From: Macrostomum lignano
Taxonomy: Eukaryota
Assembly: GCA_002269645.1 (NCBI GenBank)
Contig: NIVC01000383.1
Coordinates: 1 to 29,119 of the forward strand
Direction: 5' to 3'
Length of the DNA stretch: 29,119 nt
In this document: positions 10,794-26,150 of the stretch, piece by piece
Position numbering within the stretch: position 1 is the first letter of the stretch
Layout of the letters: each line of letters starts with the position of its first letter
Made by a program: the position numbers and the translations under genes
The notes under the pieces: model-generated
Told to the model about the DNA's origin: nothing
The model's input: the letters and a program-made list of their open reading frames with translations, nothing else
Database searches by the model: none

Positions 10794-11239
10794 TTAAATG
10801 CTCGGAACGATCGTGTTGGATGGCATTGACGAGTCACCAACTGACATTTACAAATCCCTTTGCGTGAAAGCCGCCCGACCCGTAAAAAGGGTCAGAAGTT
10901 TTGTTTTTCTCTGAGACAACTAACTGCTTGTTCAATATTTTTTGGAAATTATTCATCCAGACTTTGTGTTTGGTAGCTTCTTGCACGACTGCAGTGCTGC
11001 CTTATATGGAATAACAAAGGAGAAAATAAAAGACACAAAAATTGTTTTTGCTTTTTATAATCCCGTTTTCTCTTCTATGTAATTTTTTTTTGCTACGCAT
11101 CTTTGTTTTACAGTCGCGGCTAAGTTTTTACATGCAGCGTAGGTTGTCAGCGGCCGAGAAAGTGGATCCAAACCTCAGCGAAGGGGGGGGGAAAGGAGTA
11201 AAAGCAGGGAAAGCAAGAGTTAGGTGGATGCAGCGTTCA

Positions 11240-11620
11240 GCTGCAAAGCCATAAAAGAAGTGGAGCTCTGGCGGTGCGACAGCGTCCGATCTTCAGCCTC
11301 CAAGGGCCCGAATGTCCGATTCTGACAAGCCGATTTGATGGCAGAAGCTGGCACCCCCTCGCCGGATGCTGTGGCCGGAGAAACCCGCAGCTGGAAGGCC
11401 GTAGCCAAAGAGCCGCGTCCTTAGTCGATGGCTCGTGGCAGGTGAGACCGCAGGGCGCGCACAGGGCAGAACGGTGACTCTTGGACAGGTGGCAGAAGAA
11501 CAACATGCGGCGTCGACCGGAACTGGTTGGCCTTGGACTTTGGGAGGGCCAACTTCCAGCAGCCAGATAAAGCCGGTGGCTTGGTACTGAAACGAGACGA
11601 CGTGGACGTAGGCTCGGAGG
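11240..11620 (-). pseudogene. Tyrosine recombinase C-terminal fragment of the YR retroelement
   Basis: LPKSKANQF..FCPVRAL, then GFSGHSIRRGGASFCHQIGLSESDIRALGG*RSDAV. The HxxR motif is intact, the W of LGRW has become TGA, and no catalytic Tyr was found. Confidence 0.85.
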
Positions 11621-11659
11621 CTGGAGAAGGACCGCAAATCAGCAAAAATCTGAATGCGA

Positions 11660-12170
11660 CCAGGCAGGTGAAAGGCCTCCAAACTGATGCTGTTCCTGAT
11701 GCACAGCAGAGCCACAATCTGGTACACCTGCAGGAGCCGCGGGTCACGACGGCTCAGCCGATTGATCATGCCAGCCGCTGCGGTGCTGTTGGTGTAGGTG
11801 ACAATTTTGCAGTTGTTCAGCTGAGAGCGACGGTGCAGGATTATCAGCAAAGGTGCCAGAGCCTCCTTGAAGTTGATATGAACATCCCTGAAAACACCAC
11901 CGCAGTCCAGCTCCCAGTCGATGACACTCCAGAAACTCTCGGCACCCCTGTCAGTCTCCATGGCAAACTCCTCGTCAAAGCGCGGCCACAAAGCAACTGG
12001 GGGGGGGGGAGCCAAGCCAGGCTCTAAGCCACCAGGACAGGTTGGCGCGTGTCTCATTGGTCACCCAAAGCTTGCCATCAACAACAGTTGTCAGGCAGGC
12101 GAAGAGAGGACGCAGGAAGACTCTGACATGAGGGACAATCTGACAGAACCAGCTAAGCTTGCCAATCAAC
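11660..12170 (-). pseudogene. RT connection and RNase H fragment of the YR retroelement
   Basis: IGKLSWFCQIVPHVRVFLRPLF..LSWW, then HINFKEALAPL, TNSTAAAGMINR and AFHLPGRIQIFAD. These correspond to the DIRS RNase H motifs HIN.LEL.A, DN..AV..IN and HIPG..N..AD. Confidence 0.8.
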
Positions 12171-12293
12171 TTCTAAGCAGAACGCGAGTCTCCGAGTCCC
12201 CGAGTCTCCGAGCAGGTCTGAGTCAGCAGCTTCGTCGCCTCGAGAGCCTTCTTCTCGGGCAGCGACTTGGTGCCGGTAGCGGCAAACCATGTC

Positions 12294-12800
12294 CTAGTTG
12301 ATAGTAAAGCCGAGGCGCTGCAAGATATCCAGCAGGCAATTGAAAGCAGCGAAAGCCTCGGACTCGGATTTCCCAGCCCCTGCCCAGTCATCCAGGTAGT
12401 TCCCCGTAGCAGAAAAGCCAAGCCGGTGCACATGTGCCTGGTAGCAGTGGCTGAAAGACGGTGGAAAACTTTGCAAGCTGCTTTGGCGCCGAAGGGAAGC
12501 CTGGTGTCGCAGAGCAGACTGTCCTGGCTGTCCGAGTCAAACCGCCAGGCGAGGCCTACGAGCCCGTAGTTAGCAAGCCTGATTGGCACGGACCGGTAGG
12601 CGCTTTTGAGATCAATTTTAGCCATGTAGTGTCCCGTAAGGAGATGACGAACCAGCTGCTGGACGGTGCAGTACTTGATGTGCTTCTGTTGGTCGTAGCA
12701 GTCGTTGACAGACTGGCTGGTCGGATAGGACAGGTCATGGATCAGGCGGACCCGCCCGTCGGACTTGGAACGGCGCCACAGCATACAGAGCGGTGCAGCA
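12294..12800 (-). pseudogene. Reverse transcriptase fragment of the YR retroelement
   Basis: KSDGRVRLIHDLS, MAKIDLKSAYRSVPI and LPFGAKAACKVFHRLS, then after a frameshift GNYLDDWAGAG...LLDILQRLGFTIN (catalytic YLDD). Confidence 0.92.
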
Positions 12801-13007
12801 GGGCGGAGGCGTGGTTCTTGGACGAAGTCAAAGGCGGTTGGCCAGAATTTGTGAGACAACGCCCAGCATCAGAAAGTCATGGTCTGTGTGTCGTCGTTGA
12901 GCAGAACACTCCAGGCGTCAGGATGCAGGTCAGACGAGATGAGCAGCAAAGAAGCAATAGCAGAAAATTCGGTATTAAAATCAGGCAATCAGCTGGGTAA
13001 AATGGCA

Positions 13008-13190
13008 TCAGTTGTTTGCACTCGCACCGGTCACGTGACCCGACAGCTGTCCGGTGAGTGATGGGTGCAGCGCCTGCGTGTGAGCATGGGCCGAATGCGA
13101 TATCGCCAGGCAGCCTTGGATTTCGCAGACGTGGCGGAACTTGCAGTTCTGGCGGGTGCACCCCGACTCGGAGTTGAAGCGCAGACACAT
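13008..13190 (-). pseudogene. Gag-like Cys/His zinc-finger segment of the YR retroelement
   Basis: CLRFNSESGCTRQNCKFRHVCEIQGCLAISH matches the C..FN...GC....C.F.H.C pattern of Ngaro/DIRS ORF1 proteins. Confidence 0.75.
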
Positions 13191-14123
13191 CGGCCTGGTT
13201 GCCGCTGGGATTTTCTGCTGGGCTGCTTAGCGAACGTGAACCGCATGTTTCTGGGTGCGTTGACGGGTGACGTTGTACAGCTGAGGGGGGAATTTATGTG
13301 GTCTCTGCAGATCAGATGCAACTTGCGAGTCGAGCCTGGCGAGCCTGGCAACTATTAGCGGCCTCCCTCATCCCAGATTCAAGAACCTCGGGGAAACTGC
13401 AGCAGACCGGCATGTGTAGGTGTTTTGCTCACCCGATGATGGCCGAGGCTGAGCCGTCAAGTGCTGCTGAGTGTGAATTGCTTTTGCTGAAGATCCCGCG
13501 ATGACAGCCTTCCAGGATTTGAACCTGGGCGCCTCGCCCGCGCTGCCGATGCCGTCCTCGGCGTCCGGAGCAGAAATCATCTCGGAGATTCTTCGTCAGC
13601 TTGCTCTCTAGGCCGAGTGCTGCGGCCCGTAGTAGGCAGACCTCGATCTGTTTCGCAGCAGCTCAATCTTGAGTTGGCGCACGTTGAGTCGCTTCGGGTT
13701 GGCACTCATGGCGACGGGTGAGCAAAATGTGAGAAATGGCGGCGGAGACTTAATTAGACAGCAGCAGGACGCATGAGACTTAAGACAGCGGCACCCCGGT
13801 GCGTCTATGACTAACACACCTTACTCAGAGAGTAACGATTGCAGTAATGCGTATGTATACGCAGGCATACGTATTTGGCATGAAGCTCTGAAGCAGCTAA
13901 CAATGCATGTACATGGTTTATATATACTACGTAACGCTCGTACATAATATATTATTAAAGCTGTGAGAAAGTCGCATTATATCCTTTAGTTTATTTTCAG
14001 ACTAAGGATTAATCTTTGTTGCATTTTCCAGATCAACAACAACAGTGAAGGACGTATGACCGTGATTTGAAAGTACATTCACTTGAATGCAATTGTACAA
14101 ATTCACAGGTTTTGAATATTTTC

Positions 14124-14157
14124 CAAGGACCACTGTTATATAATACAGTGGTCCTTG
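14124..14157. repeat. Perfect 13-bp inverted repeat with 8-nt AT loop
   Basis: CAAGGACCACTGT-TATATAAT-ACAGTGGTCCTTG. Confidence 0.85.
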
Positions 14158-15725
14158 ATATTTTCATGATAGCCCACCTCCATGTAGCCCCATGCTCTAA
14201 TACAGATACTAATACAAGGATCAATGCAATTTAAGCCTAGAAAAAAAATCTTTACAGAATTTTGTTTTCATACATGTAATTCCAAACAAATGTCAACTGT
14301 GTAGACTGCCGGAAGTTGTATATACGAGTAGATTGTTCATAACAAAAGGAAGTAATATTGTATTTATTCAAGGCACCTGATGCGAAAATATTCAAAATTA
14401 TACAAAACCAAAAACATACAACACATGCATATCTAGAAGCCAAAATTTAGATTTTAGGGCCTACGCATATTTGATCATTGAGCTAGGCCGTTGCTTCCTT
14501 TCTTGGAAATATAGATCTAGATTCTACTTTAAAGATTCTCAAGATTCTTCTAAAGATTCTAAAGATCCAGGATCATTCGAAGGCTAGGCTCTAAGAAATA
14601 AATGATTTTTCTATTTAAATGATGAGGTTTATTTAGATAAAATGTAAATAATTCATGCGCGAAATATGAAATTATTGCTTAAAATGAATGCCAAATGAGC
14701 CTCGAATTCTAGAAGCTTCAAGGTTTTGATATTTATTAGGCTATACGAGTAATGAGTTTTTATAAAAAGTTAAATTATAATTATAAACATGATTATAATA
14801 ATAAGGTGCAGTTTATTTACCTTTGGCTTTATTTTATAGTTTGTTATATTTAGTTTTAAAAAGAATGCAAAAATCAAACTATTCTTTTAAAATTTAAGTC
14901 TTCATTGACCACTACACTAGTCACTAGAGTAGCTTATAGGCTTATGGCTTAGGCCTAGCATTTTTTGGGGTGCTAATCAATTTGACAATGGAGATAATGA
15001 GAGATTAACTAAGGGCAGATTTGTCAAAAGCCAAATAAGTTTTTCATTATAATTCAATAATTGTAAATTTAAATTTAAAATGATTTAATTGGTATTGCAG
15101 CCTATTTTTTTAGTTTACTATATTAATCAGTATATATTAGAAAAATTTTCCTAATATTTTTAAAATGGCAATCCTACACTTCTGTTCGGTAAATTATTTT
15201 GACACTGAATTTTAAACAGGCGTGTTAAATAACAATGTAACCAAACAAAACTGAAACAGTGGAACATGGTAGCAGTCTGTTAGAGCGCATAGTCACTTAG
15301 AGTGTGTCTGCAGGTCATTAAAGTGTCTACAATAGATAGTAATGTCCAATCCAGTATAGGATAGCCCCAAATGGACATTGGGGATACAGACAACGCCAAA
15401 TTGAAGCTAAAAAAACAAGCAGCCCATAAGCAACAGCTCCCTTAAACTGACACCCCCTTAAACTCTGTTCGCTCAAACTTTTGGCCATAGACACAATGCC
15501 AATCAACGTCCATACATGCGCAACTGCTGGCCGACCTGGCCGATCCGGCCACCGTAAATCGTGGCTGACCAGGGGTAAGTCGCAAAATTGAGTCAACCAA
15601 AAACAGAAAAACACAAGAACCAAGAAAGGCAAGAGGAAAGCAAAAGAAAGAGCAGTTCAGGGAAAATGGTGAAGCAAAAGAAAAACAATTCGCAAAAGAA
15701 GCAAACTAAGTTGTAAAAATAATCA

Positions 15726-15955
15726 GGTAAGTCGCAAAAAGGATTAAGTAAGTCGCAAAAAGGATTAGGTAAGTTGCAAAAAAGATTAAGTAAGTCGCAA
15801 AAAGGATTAGGTAAGTCGCAAAGGATTAGGTACTGGTAAGTCGCAAAAAGGATTAGGTAAGTTGCAAAAAGGATTAAGTAAGTCGCAAAAAGGATTAAGT
15901 AAGTCGCAAAAAGGATTAGGTAAGTCGCAAAAAGGATTAGGTAAGTGGCAAAAAG
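15726..15955. repeat. 21-bp tandem repeat GGTAAGTCGCAAAAAGGATTA inside the TIR element
   Basis: About 10 units; 7-aa periodicity in the ORF track (CDLPNPF). Confidence 0.93.
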
Positions 15956-16130
15956 AAGCAACTAAGTCGCAATAAGAAGGAAGTAAGTCACAATCAGAGG
16001 CAATCAGGGGGTAGTAGGTGCAAGTGTGGCAGGAGAGCAAAAACAGAATAGAAGCCTTCAACCATAGACAAGATCTTTGAAATCAGAAGCCCGCGTCAAC
16101 AGTTTCCCATTGATTTCTTAAACTCTGGAG

Positions 16131-16185
16131 CAGGGGTTGGCAAACTCCGGCTCGCGAAGCCCCTCTATCTGGCCCTCGCCCCTCG
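16131..16185 (+). mobile_element. Isolated hAT (Charlie-like) transposon end
   Basis: CAGGGGTTGGCAAACTCCGGCTCGCG resembles the Charlie-type terminus CAGGGGTNGGCAAACT.CGGCCCGCG. It is preceded by CTCTGGAG, close to the NTCTAGAN target preference. The partner TIR was not found. Confidence 0.55.
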
Positions 16186-16229
16186 GGTTCTTTGAAACTT
16201 CTTAACTAGCAAGGTTGGTGTCTCTTCAA

Positions 16230-16900
16230 CTCTCATCTCTCTCTTCTTCTCTACCTTGCCTCCCCTCTTCTCTCTCTCCCCCTTTTCCCTCTTCTCTCTC
16301 CTCTCATTTTTACTCTCCTCTCTTCTCCCCCTTTCTCTCTACCCTTTCTCCTCAATGCCCTCTTCTCTCCTCTTATCTTCAGTAAAAATATGTGCATATT
16401 TTCTTACTTCAAAGTAGAGGGAATAGAAGATTAGAGATAAGCAAACAGAGGAGAGGTGAGCGATGCGATGGGAGAAAAGATAGAAGAGGAGAGAAAAGCT
16501 GAGGGAGGAAAAAGAGATGAGAGAAGAGGAGATTAGAGGAAAGAGGAAAGAAAAGATGATGGATGAGATCAGAAGAGAGGAAAGAGGAAAGAGGAGAGAG
16601 TAGATGAGAGAAGAGAGGATAAAGAGGAAATGAGAGGAGAGTGAAGAGAGGAGAGATGATAGAGTAGAAAAGAGAGGAGAGATAAGATGAGAGAGTAGAG
16701 TGGAGAGAGACGAAAGGGAAGATAAGATGAGAGAGTAGAGTGGAATGAAGAGAGACGAGAGGAGAGATAAGAATGTAGAGAGGAGACAGAAGAGATAGGA
16801 GAGGAGAGGAAAGAGAGGAGAGAGGAGAGGAAAGAGAGAAGGGATAATGGATGAGAGAGAAAAGAAAAAGAGGATGAGAAGATTGAGGAATGGAGAGAAT
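16230..16900. repeat. Low-complexity CT-rich tract followed by a GA-rich tract
   Basis: About 16230-16380 is almost all pyrimidine and about 16405-16900 is almost all purine on the + strand. Confidence 0.9.
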
Positions 16901-19900
16901 TTGCAAAGGCCTCAAATCTTAGTTTAACATGCATTACTCCCATCTTTGCCTTTTTCCTAATTGCTAACAAGTTTTTGTTTGAGCATGACTTCAAATTTAG
17001 AATCTATGCAAAAATAGTTCCGGGAATTAGAATTCAGTGGTTTAAAAATCTGTGGGTTTTCACAGCTTGTATCTCTACTGGATTCGTATTCTGCATCTGA
17101 TGAGCCATCTGAATCAGGGCTCTCATCTTCCATGCCAAATCGTCTAGCAAATCGTTCTTGAGCTATAGGTCACACTGTATTCACTTCACTTACTTCTGGA
17201 CATTCATGAATCATGACTTTTTAGTATGCTCACTACACTGTACTGACAATTTACTAATTGCTTCATGCCGCCACTAGATGACATACTGATTAGCTGTTAT
17301 AAAAACGCGGAATCTGCACGCAGCACTAATTAGCTGGCGAGGCATTTAGCTTTAAGAATATGGTCATAGTTACTCCTGCCGTTTACCTAAAGTTTTTGCT
17401 TGGCTCTTTCATAGGTAAGTCGCATTTTTTATCAAAAACTAAGTCGCACGGCCAGCGTAATTTCAGAAGTTGCGCATGTATGTCAACGTCATTTGACTCG
17501 GTGGTACGAATTCAAATGTTAAAATAATTTACCGAACGGAAGTGTAGGATTGCCTTTAAAACAATGTCAATGATATTTTTAGTCAATGTAGGCCTATATA
17601 AAGTGGGGGTGGAGTAAAAAAAAAATTGGTATTGGTATTTGATTTGAAATTTGGTTCTTGGGTTTTCTTTGAAAGCCGGTTGGTATTGCATTTGCACAAA
17701 TAAATCCAGAAAATTGCACAGACAAATCACAACAAATTACTGAATTAACAAATCTTCTGTTTTACTCCGACAGCTGGGTTTTCAAGTCTAGGGGAGAGTA
17801 GTCGTAATTGTAATGGAGTGGTTGTAAAAGCAGCATGGTTGTTCAGTAGATGATGAGCACCGGAAATCCTGACACTGTGAATTAGGCTACTGTGTCAATT
17901 TGCTAAGCTTGTTACTTTCAGTAGGGTAGTTGCTGCTACAACCATAAATTATGTATTATAGAACGAATAAGTCTCAGAGTTTTCTTTGAGATGAGATCTT
18001 TGGTTATTTTATGTCCTATAGAAGTTTATTAGGTATTGTTTATTAGTGAATCAGCAGGCTTATTAAAAAAAATTAATAATGCTTTTACTAAATAAACTTA
18101 TTGCTACAGATTATGTTTAAAACAAAGATGATATTTGCGGGCGCCAGTGCGGAAAGGCTAGTTAAAAGTAAAGTTGAACTAAACTGGCAATACGCAGAAC
18201 AAAACAAGGGAACAAAACAAAAAACAGGAAAACAGAAACCACAGGAAAAGAAAAAAAACTAACATTAGGCGGCACATCATAGGCTATATAAGTATTAATA
18301 AGGGAGGTCGCAGTCAACGAGTGGGGCAGTTGCTGGTCACACCAACGGACCAAAAGTCCCGGGTGTGGATACTACGGATAGAACGGCTTACTAACATGCA
18401 AAAATGAAAAATAAAACAAAATTTTGAACAAAATTCTAGCGGGGGGGGGGGGAAACTGCTTTTCCATAGAATGGGATAACAAAAAACATTTGCTAGACCT
18501 CCAATTGACAGAAAAATGACAAAAAATAATCAGCAAGTGGACAAGAAAGTTAATGTTTGTAGCAGTGTAAAAGGGTTATTAAAATGAATGGTTAGTTAAA
18601 ATTCAAAACTAAACTAGTGGCACCCAATTGCCACATGCGTGGGGTAGCCGGCAGTTGAAAAACTTTTAGCAGCAGCCGCTGCCTCCTTGTCCTTGGTGTC
18701 CGTGGCTGGCTGCTCGGCCACCTTGTTGCCCCGGGCCAGGTTCTTGGGGTTGGTGGTTCTTGAAATCCGGGGTTGGTCACTGGCCAAGCTGGCAATTCAG
18801 GCATTTTTGCAAAAGTATTCAATTTGGGGGGTAATGCCTCCCCTGTGAGTTGGGTGCTCAAATATTTGCAGATTACACTACAGCAGGGTCTAATCTGCTG
18901 GCCGTGAGTGTAGTTTTGCAGCCTCTTACCAATGAGTGTGGCTGTGGATTTTAGGGCCTGCATGATGTCATGAGCCGGGAACTGCCAGGCAAGGCTGCTC
19001 CAGTTTTGACAGTTGTTTGCAGCTTTAGATCCTAGGCCGCTCGCTATCTCCTAGTATAGTAACTCTACCAATTGTTGCGTGGGCTCTAAGGCGGCTGCGG
19101 CCAGGGCCTCTGAGTTGTTGAGCTAGGCATCTGGCCATCTCTGGCTGGTGTCGTCATGCCAGTCAGCCAGTGGCAAAGGTGGCATCAAGTAGTCTAGCTC
19201 CAAGAGCCGCACAATATCATCGAGCTCGTTATGCATGGGGTGACAGCACAGCACGAACCCGGTCAAGCAAGGGGTCTGGCCATGGGTCTGGGCTTGGATT
19301 TGGCCCCATTGGAACTCCATCTTCCTCAAGTAGCTTGAGTAGCGGTTGCTGTCTAGGTGGAGCTTTGCCTCCCCACATTGGGTCGTCGTACATGATAGAG
19401 ACAGATGATATTCGAGGAAGCAAAAGGGGAATAAATATGGTAAGCAAAAATATAAGATATGTATAGGAACAATATGAAATTGTACAAAATTGGCTGGCAG
19501 AATATAGTAATTGATAACAATATGAGCGCAAGTAATAATTACAATGAGAAAAATCAGTCCAAGCCAAGTCACAGTTTAAATACTCCAAAGGTTGTCCACT
19601 GGATAGACAAAGGGGAGGGGTCCAACCAAAGGAACTAGCCACCACTTGTATGCACTCTAAGGTGGGTACGCACAGGGATATGGTGGATAAATGAAACAAA
19701 AAAGCAATAAAACAGATAACCATGCAGCAAGGGGGTCCAAAATCAAATGAAATGAATGGGGTGCCTGAGCGGCTCACATAAGATGGGTTGGCAGTTAGAA
19801 TAGCTGAATAGCGCGTAAACAGTAACTTGAAATAGATAGAAAATGTGGAAGCAATTGGCTAGCTCTTTCATACTAAGATAATATTGAATGAACAGTTTAG

Positions 19901-21052
19901 CGACTGGGGCTCCATAAGGAGTTACAGGAGCAAGGGCACACAAAATGGCACTGGGAAAGGGAGCCTAAATTGGCTGCCCATAAAACATTCCTAGGCTTGA
20001 GCAAAATTCAACAAAGAGCAGGGGTCAAGTCATCTCAAATGCCCTCCGCTGAGGACAAGGTCTGGATCCAAGGCGCTTGACCTAAATAGGGCACAGACAG
20101 ATTGGCCCATAAATGGCGGGCTCATAAAATAGCAGAAAGAGGGAGGGACCTTCAGTTTTAATCAAACTGGAAGGTTTACAAGAGTGATTGCTTTTCTCCC
20201 AGAAGCATAAGGAAAATGGGATACTTCTACACTTTGATTGCATGCTAAGAAGTTTACAGAGAAGGGGATGCACAAAATCATATGAAAATGTAAGATAATG
20301 GTTTTACCATATCGCATTTAATAAATATGGTTGCATTGATTAAATATTGTCACATTAGTGCATGCTTTTACTGCAAAGCATAAATATATAAACAATGCAA
20401 GGGTGCTGATTAATGAACCGCGTTGGATAAATAGCAACATTATATATGAGCATGAAAACTGTACAAATATACACTGCTTTAACCAGAAAGCATAAGGAAA
20501 TGGCAAAATGAAAATTGACAACAGCTTTTATCCCTGAAGCATAAGGAAAAGTACATTGAAATTAAAATTTGATGCCTGCTTTTATCCGGAAAGCATAAGG
20601 AAAAAAGAAACTCAAACGGAAAATCAAGATTGGCTTTTAGCACAGAGCAGGTGCAGAGAAAGCTTATAGCAAAATTAAAATTAGAATGCATTCGCAAAAT
20701 TAACTTCTAACTAGTAATGCGCTTCAAAAGTTAGCAACTTGGCGCAACAGAAAATTCATAGGTAAATACCTTTTCAGACTTCAATCTCCATGCCGATATT
20801 GGGCAGATCCGGGTCGCCTTCAAGCAGCACTTCTGAATTTTGATTGACTTAATTATCAGGTTATATAATGCCAACTTTTAAAGACAATGGCATACTGGGT
20901 TATATAAGTATTTAGGCAAGACTACATTGTATATAAATTGAATCATGTCTTGGCATAAAGATAATATCTATCTGTCATTTGAGACTTATTCATTAGGATG
21001 CTATATCAAGCTACAGACTCATTAATTGGTATAAAATTTCACTGCATACTCA

Positions 21053-21308
21053 CTAATCAGGATGAGATGTCATTTGAGACTCATTAATCAGGATGAGATG
21101 TCATTTGAGACTCATTAATCAGGATGAGATGTCATTTGAGACTCATTAATCAGGATGAGATGTCATTTGAGACTTATTGATCAGGATGAGATGTCATTTG
21201 AGACTCATTAATCAGGATGAGATGTCATTTGAGACTCATTAATCAGGATGAGATGTCATTTGAGACTCATTAATCAGGATGAGATGTCATTTGAGACTCA
21301 TTAATCAG
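21053..21308. repeat. 31-bp minisatellite CATTAATCAGGATGAGATGTCATTTGAGACT
   Basis: About 8 near-identical units, with degenerate copies from about 20975. It ends about 170 bp upstream of the PAK ATG. Confidence 0.95.
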
Positions 21309-21479
21309 CACGAGAATCGAGATGGGACTAGAGACTGAACAATCAGAATGAGATCCCAGTGGGGCTTCCAGTTAACCAAAGTGCCATTTCAATGACACTT
21401 CATGATAAACTAAACAGTCTTGGCAAAGAAAGCAAAGCATCGAAGCTTTTAGAAGATCAAGGGAGCCATACCGAAAGCA

Positions 21480-25723
<4,244 letters not shown>

Positions 25724-25879
25724 TGGCAGCCCACATCTGGCTTAAAAATGATCCTATCGCTTCTCAAGGCCTGAGAGTGCTTCTGAGCTGGGACTTTCTA
25801 GGTTAGGCTCTCCTCAATTGGGATTCCTCTGAATAATATTTCACTAAACTGGCGTTTAACCTTGTGATTCCCTGAATTT

Positions 25880-26150
25880 GGGTTTCCCCAATTGGAATTT
25901 CCCTACTTTGGATTTCCCTACTTGGGATTTCCTTAGGTGGGATTTCCCTAGGTGGGATTTCTTTAAGTGAGATTTCCCTAGGTGGGATTTCCCTACGTGG
26001 AATTTCCCTACTTGGGATTTCCCTAGGTGGGGTTTCCCTAAGTAAAATTTCCCTACTTGGGATTTCCCTAGGTGGGTTTCCCTACTCTGGATTTCCCTAG
26101 GTGGGATTTCCCTACTTGGGATTTCCCTAGGAGGGATTTTTCTTAATTGG
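25880..26150. repeat. 15-bp minisatellite GGGATTTCCCTA(GGT/CTT) downstream of the PAK stop
   Basis: About 17 units; exact GGGATTTCCC at 25939, 25984, 26014, 26059, 26103 and 26118. Confidence 0.92.

Larger units (their letters stand above)
11230..13709 (-). mobile_element. Decayed tyrosine-recombinase retrotransposon (Ngaro/DIRS type): gag-like, RT, RNase H and YR fragments; true ends not found
   Basis: Domain order on the - strand is a gag-like ORF starting MSANPKRLNVRQLKIELLRNR (13709), a Cys/His finger, RT, RNase H, then YR. This is the established DIRS/Ngaro order. All parts are frameshifted. Confidence 0.9.
15511..17482. mobile_element. 1972-bp non-autonomous TIR DNA transposon with 8-bp TSD (P or hAT superfamily)
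   Basis: Perfect 15-bp TIRs CATACATGCGCAACT (15511-15525) and AGTTGCGCATGTATG (17468-17482). The identical 8-mer TCAACGTC lies immediately outside both ends (15503-15510 and 17483-17490). A further inverted motif GCTGGCCG/CGGCCAGC and TAAGTCGCA motifs occur near both ends. Confidence 0.85.

Noticed and set aside
9154-11295. Alternative genetic code (TGA at conserved Trp positions in both the Gypsy and YR relics)
   Set aside because: PAK and PLAC8 use TGG for Trp and PAK ends in TGA. These are single G-to-A nonsense changes in dead elements.
11221-13504. Plus-strand ORFs of 100-180 aa over the YR retroelement
   Set aside because: They are antisense shadows of GC-rich coding sequence with no motifs of their own.
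11040-13860. Split direct or inverted terminal repeats of the YR retroelement
   Set aside because: I compared both flanks by eye and found no shared sequence, so the element ends are not called.
15593-16994. Hydrophobic, Leu/Ser-rich ORFs that look like membrane proteins
   Set aside because: They come from the 21-bp repeat and the GA-rich low-complexity tract.
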